Source: an uncultured Roseateles sp.
GTDB lineage: Bacteria; Pseudomonadota; Gammaproteobacteria; Burkholderiales; Burkholderiaceae_C
Assembly: GCA_963510335.1 (NCBI GenBank)
Contig: CAUPEV010000003.1
Location: forward strand, 232-64,231
Direction of reading: 5' to 3'
Length of the DNA stretch: 64,000 bases
In this document: in pieces, positions 41,740-49,841 of the stretch
Numbering within the stretch: the first letter of the stretch is position 1
How the letters are laid out: each line of letters opens with the position of its first letter
The notes under the pieces: model-generated
What the model was told of the DNA's origin: nothing
Database searches by the model: none
What the model saw: only the letters and a program-made list of their open reading frames with translations
Program-made: the position numbers and the translations under genes

Positions 41740-43932
41740 ATGACCGTGATGAAGAATATCCAGCAGGAGCTGGGCGGTTTTCGGCTGCGCTTGGTCGCGG
41801 CCGGTCTGTTCGTGCTGCTGTGCTTTGGCCTGTTGACAGCGCGCCTGGTGTTTTTGCAGGTCACCCAGCATGACAACTTGCTCGACCGCGCCGAGTCCAA
41901 CCGCACCACCATCGTCCCCATCGTGCCCAACCGGGGCTTGATCAAAGACCGCAATGGCGTTGTCTTGGCGAGCAACTATTCGGCCTACACGCTGGAAATC
42001 ACGCCGTCCAAGGTCACCGATCTGGACGCCACCATCGATGCGCTGGCTCAGGTGATCGAGATCCAGGCGCGCGACCGCAAGCGCCTCAAGCGCCTGATGA
42101 GCGAAAGCAAGAACTTCGAGTCGCTGCCGATTCGCACCAAGCTGACCGACACCGAGGTGGCCAAGTTCACCGCGCAGCGCTTTCGCTTCCCCGGTGTCGA
42201 GATCAAGGCGCGTTTGTTCCGCAATTACCCGCTGGGCGAGGTCGGCGCGCATCTGCTGGGCTATATCGGCCGCATCAACCAGGCCGAGAAGAAAGCCATG
42301 GATGATTGGGAGGAAGAAGACTTCGCCAACTACCGCGGCACCGAATACATCGGCAAGCTCGGCCTAGAGCAGGCCTATGAGCGCGAGTTGCACGGCATCA
42401 CCGGCTTCGAGCAACTGGAGACCAGCGCGGGAGGCCGCGCCGTGCGACGCCTGGCACACCGCCCGCCGACGCCAGGCAACAACCTGCTGCTGTCGATCGA
42501 CATACGCCTGCAAGCGATGGTCGAAGAGTTGTACAAAGATCGGCGCGGCGCGCTGGTCGCGATCGACCCACGCAATGGCGAGGTCTTGGCCTTTGTGTCC
42601 AAACCGACCTTTGATCCGAATCTGTTCGTGGACGGCATCGACGTGGACAACTGGCGCGAGCTGAACGAGAACATCGACAAGCCGCTGCTGAACCGGGCCA
42701 TGCGCGGCACTTACCCGCCGGGCTCGACCTTCAAGCCTTTTATGGCGATGGCGGCGTTGAACTCGGGCAAGCGCTCGCCCAGCCTGGTCATTCAGGACAA
42801 CCTGACCTACAGCTTCGGCGGCCGCACTTTCGGCAGCCCCGAGGTTGACCGGCCCGGCCCCAAGGATATGCGGCTGGCGATTGTCAGTTCGAGCAATGTG
42901 TACTTCTACAGCCTGGCCAATGAGATGGGCGTGGACCTGATCCATGACGAGCTGAAGCCCTTTGGTTTCGGTCGCAAGACCGAGATTGATTTGATCGGTG
43001 AGCTGACCGGCGATCTGCCCTCCACAGCCTGGAAACGCACACGCTTCAAAAAACCCGAGCAGCAGAAATGGTATGCCGGCGAAACCATTTCGCTGGGCAT
43101 CGGCCAAGGCTATAACAACTTCACCATGCTGCAATTGGCGGCCGCCACCTCGACCCTGTCCTCCGCAGGTCTGCGCTATAAGCCGCGCCTGGTGCGCGAG
43201 ATAGAAGATGTGGTCAAGCATGATCACCGCCGGATCGCCAGCGACGCACTGCCGCCACTGCCACTCAAGCCCGAGCAGGTTCAAGTGATTCTCAATGCCA
43301 TGCATGGTGTGACGGTGGAAGGCACCTCGCGCGCGGTCTTTGCCGGTGCCGGCTACAAAAGCGGCGGCAAGACCGGCACGGCGCAGGCGATTGGCCTGCG
43401 TGCCGGCGAGAAGTACAAAGACATCAAGGCAGATGAGCGCAAGCGCGACCATTCTCTGTATGTAGCCTTCGCTCCGATCGAGGCGCCGACGATTGCGGTG
43501 GCCGTCATCGTCGAGAACGCCGGCTATGGCTCGACCTCGGCCGCACCGATTGCCCGGCGCCTGTTTGACTATGTGCTGATGGGCCAGTACCCGAGCGAAG
43601 AAGACATTGCGTTGACCCAGCAAGGCAAGACCACCGCACCGGTCGGCAAGCCAAGGGTGGCTGCCGATATACCGCTGCCGGGCAGCGCGGCCGACGTAGC
43701 GGCAGCAGCAGCTTCGGCCGCTAGCGCTGCTTCGCCTGCGGCTTCATCTGCCGCAGCTTCTTCTGCTCCGGCAGCCAGCTCATCAGCGCCCATGCCTGCC
43801 AAAACAGCGTCAGCGTCAGCATTAGCATCAAGGGTTACTGCAGCGGTGGCAGCGCGCCCAGTCGCCCTGCAAGCCGCAGCCAGCGCCCCGCGTGCAGCGC
43901 TGTCCCCAGCCGCCTCAGGAGCTTCACGATGA
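41740..43932 (+). CDS. mrdA: Penicillin-binding protein 2 with Ala/Ser-rich C-terminal tail
   Basis: PPGSTFK (SxxK), SSN, KTGT; position in the mre operon. Confidence 0.95.
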   Translation: MTVMKNIQQELGGFRLRLVAAGLFVLLCFGLLTARLVFLQVTQHDNLLDRAESNRTTIVPIVPNRGLIKDRNGVVLASNYSAYTLEITPSKVTDLDATIDALAQVIEIQARDRKRLKRLMSESKNFESLPIRTKLTDTEVAKFTAQRFRFPGVEIKARLFRNYPLGEVGAHLLGYIGRINQAEKKAMDDWEEEDFANYRGTEYIGKLGLEQAYERELHGITGFEQLETSAGGRAVRRLAHRPPTPGNNLLLSIDIRLQAMVEELYKDRRGALVAIDPRNGEVLAFVSKPTFDPNLFVDGIDVDNWRELNENIDKPLLNRAMRGTYPPGSTFKPFMAMAALNSGKRSPSLVIQDNLTYSFGGRTFGSPEVDRPGPKDMRLAIVSSSNVYFYSLANEMGVDLIHDELKPFGFGRKTEIDLIGELTGDLPSTAWKRTRFKKPEQQKWYAGETISLGIGQGYNNFTMLQLAAATSTLSSAGLRYKPRLVREIEDVVKHDHRRIASDALPPLPLKPEQVQVILNAMHGVTVEGTSRAVFAGAGYKSGGKTGTAQAIGLRAGEKYKDIKADERKRDHSLYVAFAPIEAPTIAVAVIVENAGYGSTSAAPIARRLFDYVLMGQYPSEEDIALTQQGKTTAPVGKPRVAADIPLPGSAADVAAAAASAASAASPAASSAAASSAPAASSSAPMPAKTASASALASRVTAAVAARPVALQAAASAPRAALSPAASGASR

Positions 43933-45083
43933 GTGACGTTTTCAATAAACCGAGTTGGTGGCAGCGCATCAAGCCCTGGTTTGCGGGCTTTGATATTCCC
44001 TTGCTGCTGGCGATCGCCTGGCTGGCTGGGATTGGCTTGATATCGATGTATTCGGCCGGTTTCGACCATGGCACGCGCTTTGTCGACCATGGCCGCAATA
44101 TGCTGCTGGCCTTCGGCGTGATGTTCCTGGTGGCACAGCTGCCGCCGCAGCGCATGATGGCGCTGGCGATACCGCTTTACACCGTCGGCATGGCGCTTTT
44201 GCTGGCGACGGCGCTGTTCGGCATCAGCAAGAAGGGCGCGACGCGCTGGCTCAATGTCGGCATCGTCATCCAGCCCTCGGAGTTGCTGAAAATCGCCACG
44301 CCCTTGATGCTGGCCTGGTGGTTCCAAAAGCGCGAAGGGGCGCTGCGCCTGGCCGATTTCATCGCGGCCTTTGTCTTGCTCTTGCTGCCGGTGGGCCTGG
44401 TGGCCAAACAGCCCGACCTGGGCACCGCCATCCTGATCGCGGCGGCCGGCATTTATGTGATCTTTTTTGCCGGCTTGTCCTGGCGCTTGATCTTGCCGGC
44501 CTTTGTGCTCGGTGCAGCGGCCGTCACCACCTTGATCATGAGCGAAGAGAAGATTTGTCAGCCCGATGTGACCTGGCCGGTGCTGCGCGAATATCAAAAG
44601 AACCGCGTCTGCACCCTGCTGGACCCAACCAAGGATCCGCTGGGCAAAGGCTTTCACATCATCCAGGGCGGCATTGCCATCGGCTCGGGTGGCATCACCG
44701 GCAAGGGCTTTATGCAGGGCACGCAAACCCATCTGGAGTTCATCCCCGAGCGCACCACTGACTTCATTTTTGCCGCCTTCGGCGAGGAGTTCGGCCTGCT
44801 TGGCGCAATGGCTTTGCTGGCCGGTTTTTCGGCCTTGATATTGCGCGGGCTGATGATCGCGTCAAGCGCGCCGACGATGTTCGCGCGCTTGATGGCGGGC
44901 GCGGTGACGATGAGCTTTTTCACCTATGTGTTCGTCAATATGGGCATGGTCAGCGGCATCTTGCCCGTCGTTGGCGTGCCCCTGCCTTTTATCAGTTATG
45001 GCGGCACGGCAATGGTGATGCTGGGCATCAGCCTGGGGCTGCTGATGGCGATCGCCAAGAGCCGGCGCTTCAACCAGTCCTGA
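43929..45083 (+). CDS. rodA: Rod shape-determining SEDS protein RodA
   Basis: QPSELLK, QPDLGTA, IPERTTDFIF, PFISYGG. Confidence 0.95.
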   Translation: MSDVFNKPSWWQRIKPWFAGFDIPLLLAIAWLAGIGLISMYSAGFDHGTRFVDHGRNMLLAFGVMFLVAQLPPQRMMALAIPLYTVGMALLLATALFGISKKGATRWLNVGIVIQPSELLKIATPLMLAWWFQKREGALRLADFIAAFVLLLLPVGLVAKQPDLGTAILIAAAGIYVIFFAGLSWRLILPAFVLGAAAVTTLIMSEEKICQPDVTWPVLREYQKNRVCTLLDPTKDPLGKGFHIIQGGIAIGSGGITGKGFMQGTQTHLEFIPERTTDFIFAAFGEEFGLLGAMALLAGFSALILRGLMIASSAPTMFARLMAGAVTMSFFTYVFVNMGMVSGILPVVGVPLPFISYGGTAMVMLGISLGLLMAIAKSRRFNQS

Positions 45084-45125
45084 GCGGCAGAGAACTTTTT
45101 ACTGCGCGACCGCCATGCGTCGTTG
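45084..45125. repeat. Truncated copy 3 of the palindromic element (one terminus only)
   Basis: GCGGCAGAGAACTTTTTACTGCGCGACCGCCATGCGTCGTTG matches the reverse complement of 6362-6403 at 38/42. Confidence 0.85.
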
Positions 45126-45161
45126 GCTGCTTGGGATGAGCCTGTTCGCAAAGGGCAGGCT

Positions 45162-46652
45162 CTAGCTTGATTCAAGGGGATGAGCCTGAAAGCGCACCGT
45201 GAACCGCGCGCCCGGCCCCTGACCCGACGCATCAATCTGGCCCGGCCGGCGCTGGCGCGTGTCATCAAGGCTGATTTCGGCCTCATGCTGGCCGGCGATC
45301 TCGCGCACGATTGCCAAGCCCAAGCCCGAGCCATCCACATCGGTGCCCAACGCGCGGTAAAAAGGCTGAAAGACCTTCTCGCGTTCCGACTCGGGAATGC
45401 CTGGCCCGAGGTCCTCCACCTGCAAGACGCTGACCTGACCGAACGGGTCTTCGACCACACGCACGGTGACCGTGCCACCTGGCGGCGTGTAGAGCAGCGC
45501 GTTGTCGACCAGATTGCGGATCAGCTCGCGGATCAAGATCGCGTGCCCCAAGACGCGCAGCCCGCATTGCTCCTCGTTCGGGCCTTCGTAGCCGAGGTCG
45601 ATGCGCTTGTCCAGCGCGCGGGGCACAAAGTCGCGTACCGTCTCGATCGCCAGCTCGGCCAGATTGACCTCGCTGCGCCGCGCCGCATGCTCTTTGTCCT
45701 CGGCGCGCGCCATCGCCAAAAGCTGATTGACCATGTGCGCGGCACGCTGGCTGGAGAGTGAAATTTGCTGCAGCGAGCGCTTCAGCTCGGCCGGCTCGCT
45801 GCGCCCCTCGTCAATCTCGCGCTGCGCGAATTCGGCCTGCGCGCGCAAGCCAGCCAGCGGCGTCTTGAGCTGATGCGCGGCGTCGGCCAGAAAATGCTTT
45901 TGGCTGCTGATCGACTGATCCAGTCGCGCCAGCAAATCATTGATCGCCCGCACCAGCGGCGCCACCTCGTCGGGGATGCGGCGCTCGTCGATAGGGCTCA
46001 GGTCGGAGCTGTCGCGCGAGCGGATGCGGCGCTGCAAATCATTCAAAGGCGCGATGCCGCGCGCCAGCGCCAGCCAGACCAGCAAGACCGCCAGCGGCAA
46101 GATCACGAACTGCGGCAGGATCACGCCCTTGATGATTTCGTTGGTCAGGCGGGAACGCTTGCCCAGAGTCTCTGCCACCTGCACCAGCATTGTCTTGGTC
46201 GAACCGGCCGTGCCTTCAGGTGCCACCCAGATGTAGGCGACGCGGACCTGCTCATTGCCGATTTCGTCATCGCGAAAATGCAGCTCCCAAGGCACGATCA
46301 CCTCATCATCGGGCGGCACCGGCAGCGACGCATCGCCGCTCAGCAACTCGCCGCGCAGGCCCAGCACTTGATAGAAAACGGTGTCGGTCTCATCGGCCCG
46401 CAACAGCGCTGCAGCTTCCGGGGCCAGCGCGTATTTGGAACGCCCGCCGCGCACGGTGGGCGCCGCAGCGGCGACCTGCAAGCCCAGGGTGCGCGCCATT
46501 TCGCCCAGCTCGCGGTCATAAGGCTTGCTGGCGATGCCTTGCGCGACCAGCCAGGTCAGCGCCACGCTGATCGGCCAGATCAGCAGCAGTGGTGCCAGCA
46601 TCCAATCGAGGATCTCGCCAAACAGCGAGCGCTGACCGGAGCTAACCGGCAT
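45162..46652 (-). CDS. Sensor histidine kinase (TctE/QseC-like)
   Basis: Two TM segments, HAMP, ADAAHQLKTPL H-box, NLVDNA, DLGPGI, GSGLGL. Confidence 0.9.
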   Translation of the reverse strand: MPVSSGQRSLFGEILDWMLAPLLLIWPISVALTWLVAQGIASKPYDRELGEMARTLGLQVAAAAPTVRGGRSKYALAPEAAALLRADETDTVFYQVLGLRGELLSGDASLPVPPDDEVIVPWELHFRDDEIGNEQVRVAYIWVAPEGTAGSTKTMLVQVAETLGKRSRLTNEIIKGVILPQFVILPLAVLLVWLALARGIAPLNDLQRRIRSRDSSDLSPIDERRIPDEVAPLVRAINDLLARLDQSISSQKHFLADAAHQLKTPLAGLRAQAEFAQREIDEGRSEPAELKRSLQQISLSSQRAAHMVNQLLAMARAEDKEHAARRSEVNLAELAIETVRDFVPRALDKRIDLGYEGPNEEQCGLRVLGHAILIRELIRNLVDNALLYTPPGGTVTVRVVEDPFGQVSVLQVEDLGPGIPESEREKVFQPFYRALGTDVDGSGLGLAIVREIAGQHEAEISLDDTRQRRPGQIDASGQGPGARFTVRFQAHPLESS

Positions 46653-46700
46653 TGCGAACCACGGCTTGACCGAGCTTTTGAGCAGGCATCAGCAGCCGAC

Positions 46701-47372
46701 TCAGGAGGAGATTTTCTCTAGGCAGTAGCCCAAACCGCGCACGGTGGCGATGCGGATAGGCCCCTGCTCGATCTTCTTGCGCAAGCGGTGGATATAGACC
46801 TCGATGGCGTTATTGCTGACTTCTTCGCCCCACTCACACAGGCGCTCCACCAACTGGTCCTTGCTGACCAATCGGCCGGCGCGCTGCAGCAGCACTTCGA
46901 GCAGGCTCAGCTCGCGTGCTGACAGCTCGATCATCTGGTCATTGATATAGGCCACGCGCCCGGTCGCATCAAAGCTCAGGGGGCCATGCTTGATGACGCT
47001 GGACGCCGTGCCAAGACCGCGCCGGGTCAGCGCCCGCACGCGCGCTTCGAGCTCCTGCAGCGAGAAAGGCTTGGCCATGAAGTCATCGGCGCCAAAGTCC
47101 AGGCCTTTGACGCGCTGCTCGACGCTGTCAGCCGCCGTCAAGATCAGCACCGGCATCGAGGAGCCACGCGCGCGAAGCTTGCGCAAGACCTCCAGGCCGT
47201 GCAGCTTGGGCAGGCCCAGATCGAGAATCACCAGATCGAACTCATGTGAGGCCAGGGCGGCGTCGGCCTCGCTGCCATTGCTGACTTGATCGACCGCATA
47301 GCCGGAGGCGCGCAGCGAACGCAGCAGCGCATCGGCCAGCACTTGATCATCTTCCGCAATCAGGATGCGCAT
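46701..47372 (-). CDS. OmpR-family response regulator (TctD-like)
   Basis: IAEDD, LDLGLP, GADDFMAKPF, NAIEVYIHRLRKK, TVRGLGY. Confidence 0.92.
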   Translation of the reverse strand: MRILIAEDDQVLADALLRSLRASGYAVDQVSNGSEADAALASHEFDLVILDLGLPKLHGLEVLRKLRARGSSMPVLILTAADSVEQRVKGLDFGADDFMAKPFSLQELEARVRALTRRGLGTASSVIKHGPLSFDATGRVAYINDQMIELSARELSLLEVLLQRAGRLVSKDQLVERLCEWGEEVSNNAIEVYIHRLRKKIEQGPIRIATVRGLGYCLEKISS

Positions 47373-47545
47373 CGGGTGTCTCCGTTCTTGATCTTTGGTG
47401 AGCGCATTCTAGGAGGCCGCAGCTTCCGGGGCGAAATGGTGATTGTGCAGCGCGGGTCGGCCAGCCCGCCTCGGCACAGGCAGACTTGCTCAGGCCGGCT
47501 TAGGGTTAGCCAGAAATGCCAAGCAGCCCAACATGCAATACATTA

Positions 47546-47559
47546 TGAAAGCGCTTTCA
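47546..47559. promoter_or_regulatory. LacI-family operator, left arm of the beta-glucan locus
   Basis: Perfect palindrome TGAAAGCGCTTTCA; identical copy at 59395-59408. Confidence 0.85.
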
Positions 47560-47583
47560 AAGATAACGACGGAGACAAATCAA

Positions 47584-48918
47584 ATGCCAGCCAGAACCGC
47601 CTCACTGCAACAGCCGGGGCCGACGCGTCGTGCGCTGCTCGCAGGCGGCGCGGCCGGAGCCTTGCTGGCTTTGGGTACTGCCGACCGGGCATGTGCGAGT
47701 GCGAGTGCGAGTGCGGAGGCGGGGGGCGGCGCAAGCATCACGCTGACGATCGCCGCCTTCCCGCTGGTCGACGAAATCGCCCGTGCGGCCATTCCTGCCT
47801 GGCAGCGCCTGCACCCGCAGGTGAACATCAAGGTCGTCACGCGCCAATACGCTGACCACCACACCGCCATGACCACGGCGCTGTCTACCGCCGTGCTGCT
47901 GCCCGACGTGCTGGCCTTGGAGTCCAGCAAGCTCGGCCGCTTTGCTCAGGGCGGCGGGCTGGAGAACCTGGCACAAGCGCCCTATGACTTGGGCCGCTAT
48001 CGCCAGCTGCTGGTGCCCTATGCCTTTGATCAAGCGCTGGCGCGCAACGGCGCTGTCGTCGCGGTGCCGACCGATATCGGCCCCGGCACCCTGCTCTATC
48101 GCCAAGACATCCTGGCTCGCGCCGGCGTCGATGCCGCTGAGCTAACGCGTTCCTGGGACGGCTATGTTGCCGCCGGCGCCCGCATCAAAAAGCTGACCGG
48201 CGCCAATTTGATCGCCCATGTGCAGGAAATCAAAGACATCTTGATCCGCACCGGCATTCAGCCCGGCGAGGGCCTCTATTTCGATCAGAGCTCCCGCGTG
48301 CTGGTCACCTCGGAGCGCTTTGTGCGCGCGTTTGAAGTGGCGCTCCAGGTGCGCAGGCAGGGGCTGGATGCGCGCGTCACCGCCTGGTCGAATGAATGGG
48401 CCGAGGGTTTCAAACGCGGCACGCTGGCCACCGAGCTGTCGGGTGCCTGGTTGGTCGGCCAATTGAGCAACTGGATCGCGCCGCAAACAGCAGGCTTGTG
48501 GCGTGCATCCGAGCTGCCCGAGGGCGCCAACGCCGGCTATGGCGGCGCCTTTTATGCGATGCCGCGCAAGGCCGATCCGGCCCGCAAGCTGCTGGCCTGG
48601 CAGTTCATCCAGCTGATGACGCTGGACCGCGAGCGCCAGTTGACCGCCTTCAAAACGCATGATGCCTTCCCGGCCCTGCTGGCCACGCATGAAGACCCGT
48701 TTTTTGACGCGCCGGTGGCATTTCTGGGCGGCCAGCCCGCAAGGCAGTTGTGGCGGCGGGCGGCGCGCCGCATCAGCGCCGCGCCGGTGCACAAGCAAGA
48801 CCCTTTTGCCGATGAAGTGATTGGCACCGAACTCGACAATGTCTTGAACCGTGGCAAGTCGATTCGCAGCGCGCTCGCCGACGCCCATGCCCTGCTTGAG
48901 CGGCGCGCCCACCGATGA
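47584..48918 (+). CDS. Sugar ABC substrate-binding protein with Tat-like signal; paralog of 58011-59321
   Basis: TRRALL twin-Arg signal; DHHTAMTTALST, PTDIGPG; GGAG RBS before ATG 47584. Confidence 0.88.
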   Translation: MPARTASLQQPGPTRRALLAGGAAGALLALGTADRACASASASAEAGGGASITLTIAAFPLVDEIARAAIPAWQRLHPQVNIKVVTRQYADHHTAMTTALSTAVLLPDVLALESSKLGRFAQGGGLENLAQAPYDLGRYRQLLVPYAFDQALARNGAVVAVPTDIGPGTLLYRQDILARAGVDAAELTRSWDGYVAAGARIKKLTGANLIAHVQEIKDILIRTGIQPGEGLYFDQSSRVLVTSERFVRAFEVALQVRRQGLDARVTAWSNEWAEGFKRGTLATELSGAWLVGQLSNWIAPQTAGLWRASELPEGANAGYGGAFYAMPRKADPARKLLAWQFIQLMTLDRERQLTAFKTHDAFPALLATHEDPFFDAPVAFLGGQPARQLWRRAARRISAAPVHKQDPFADEVIGTELDNVLNRGKSIRSALADAHALLERRAHR

Positions 48919-49841
48919 ACTCCAACTCAACTCAGCTCACCATGCCGACTCCCTTCACCCAATTCATTGCCCAACGCCGCTGCTGGACACCCTTGATCGC
49001 CGGCCTGGCCCTGGCCGCCTGCGGTTCTGGCGGCGCTGATGTGGCGCCCGCGCCTGCTCAGACGCCGGCACCACCAGCGCAAACGCAAATGCAAACGCTC
49101 AGCGTCCCGGCCGGCTACAAGCTGGTCTGGTCCGATGAATTCGACCGAGCCGGCCTGCCGGACCCGGCCAAATGGGTCTATGACACCGGCATGAACAAGC
49201 AAGGCTGGCACAACAAGGAGCTGCAGTACTACAGCCATGCGAGGGCGAAGAACTCGGCCGTGCAAGACGGCAAGCTCATCATCACCGCGCGCTTGGAGGC
49301 CATGGACAAGCAAGCCGACTGGGGCGGCCAACGCTACAGCTCGGCCCGCTTGATCACCGCGGGCAAAGCCGATTGGACCTACGGCTTCTTCGAGATCCGC
49401 GCCAAGCTGCCTTGCGGCAAGGGCAGTTGGCCGGCGATCTGGATGTTGGCCAGCCAGGGCGAATGGCCGGCCGGCGGTGAGCTGGACATCATGGAGCAGA
49501 TCGGCAATGAGCCCACCAAGGTCTTCAGCACCGTCCACACCACGGCCGGCAGCGGCGCCCATGGCAAAGGCGGCGAGACCCAGGTCGCTGACGCCTGCAG
49601 CGCCTTCCATAACTACCAGATGCATTGGACGGCGGAGGGCGTGCGCTTTGGCATCGACGGCAAGCCCCATGCCGTCTACCCCAACCCCAAGACCGGCAAG
49701 GCGGCCTGGCCTTTTGACGCGCCGCAGTTCTTGATTCTGAATATCGCTATCGGCGGCGACCTCGGCGGTGCTGTCGATGACGCCGCATTGCCCATACGCA
49801 TGGAAGTCGAGCATGTGCGCGTCTATCAGCAAGCCCAGTAA
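48915..49841 (+). CDS. GH16 beta-1,3-glucanase (laminarinase-type) lipoprotein
   Basis: Lipobox LAAC; WSDEF, WPAIWML, GELDIME catalytic motif, ILNIAIGG. Confidence 0.9.
   Translation: MNSNSTQLTMPTPFTQFIAQRRCWTPLIAGLALAACGSGGADVAPAPAQTPAPPAQTQMQTLSVPAGYKLVWSDEFDRAGLPDPAKWVYDTGMNKQGWHNKELQYYSHARAKNSAVQDGKLIITARLEAMDKQADWGGQRYSSARLITAGKADWTYGFFEIRAKLPCGKGSWPAIWMLASQGEWPAGGELDIMEQIGNEPTKVFSTVHTTAGSGAHGKGGETQVADACSAFHNYQMHWTAEGVRFGIDGKPHAVYPNPKTGKAAWPFDAPQFLILNIAIGGDLGGAVDDAALPIRMEVEHVRVYQQAQ

Noticed and set aside
47695-47715. (GCGAGT)x3.5 microsatellite in the binding-protein leader
   Set aside because: In-frame hexamer with few copies encoding an ASASASA linker; no basis for phase variation.
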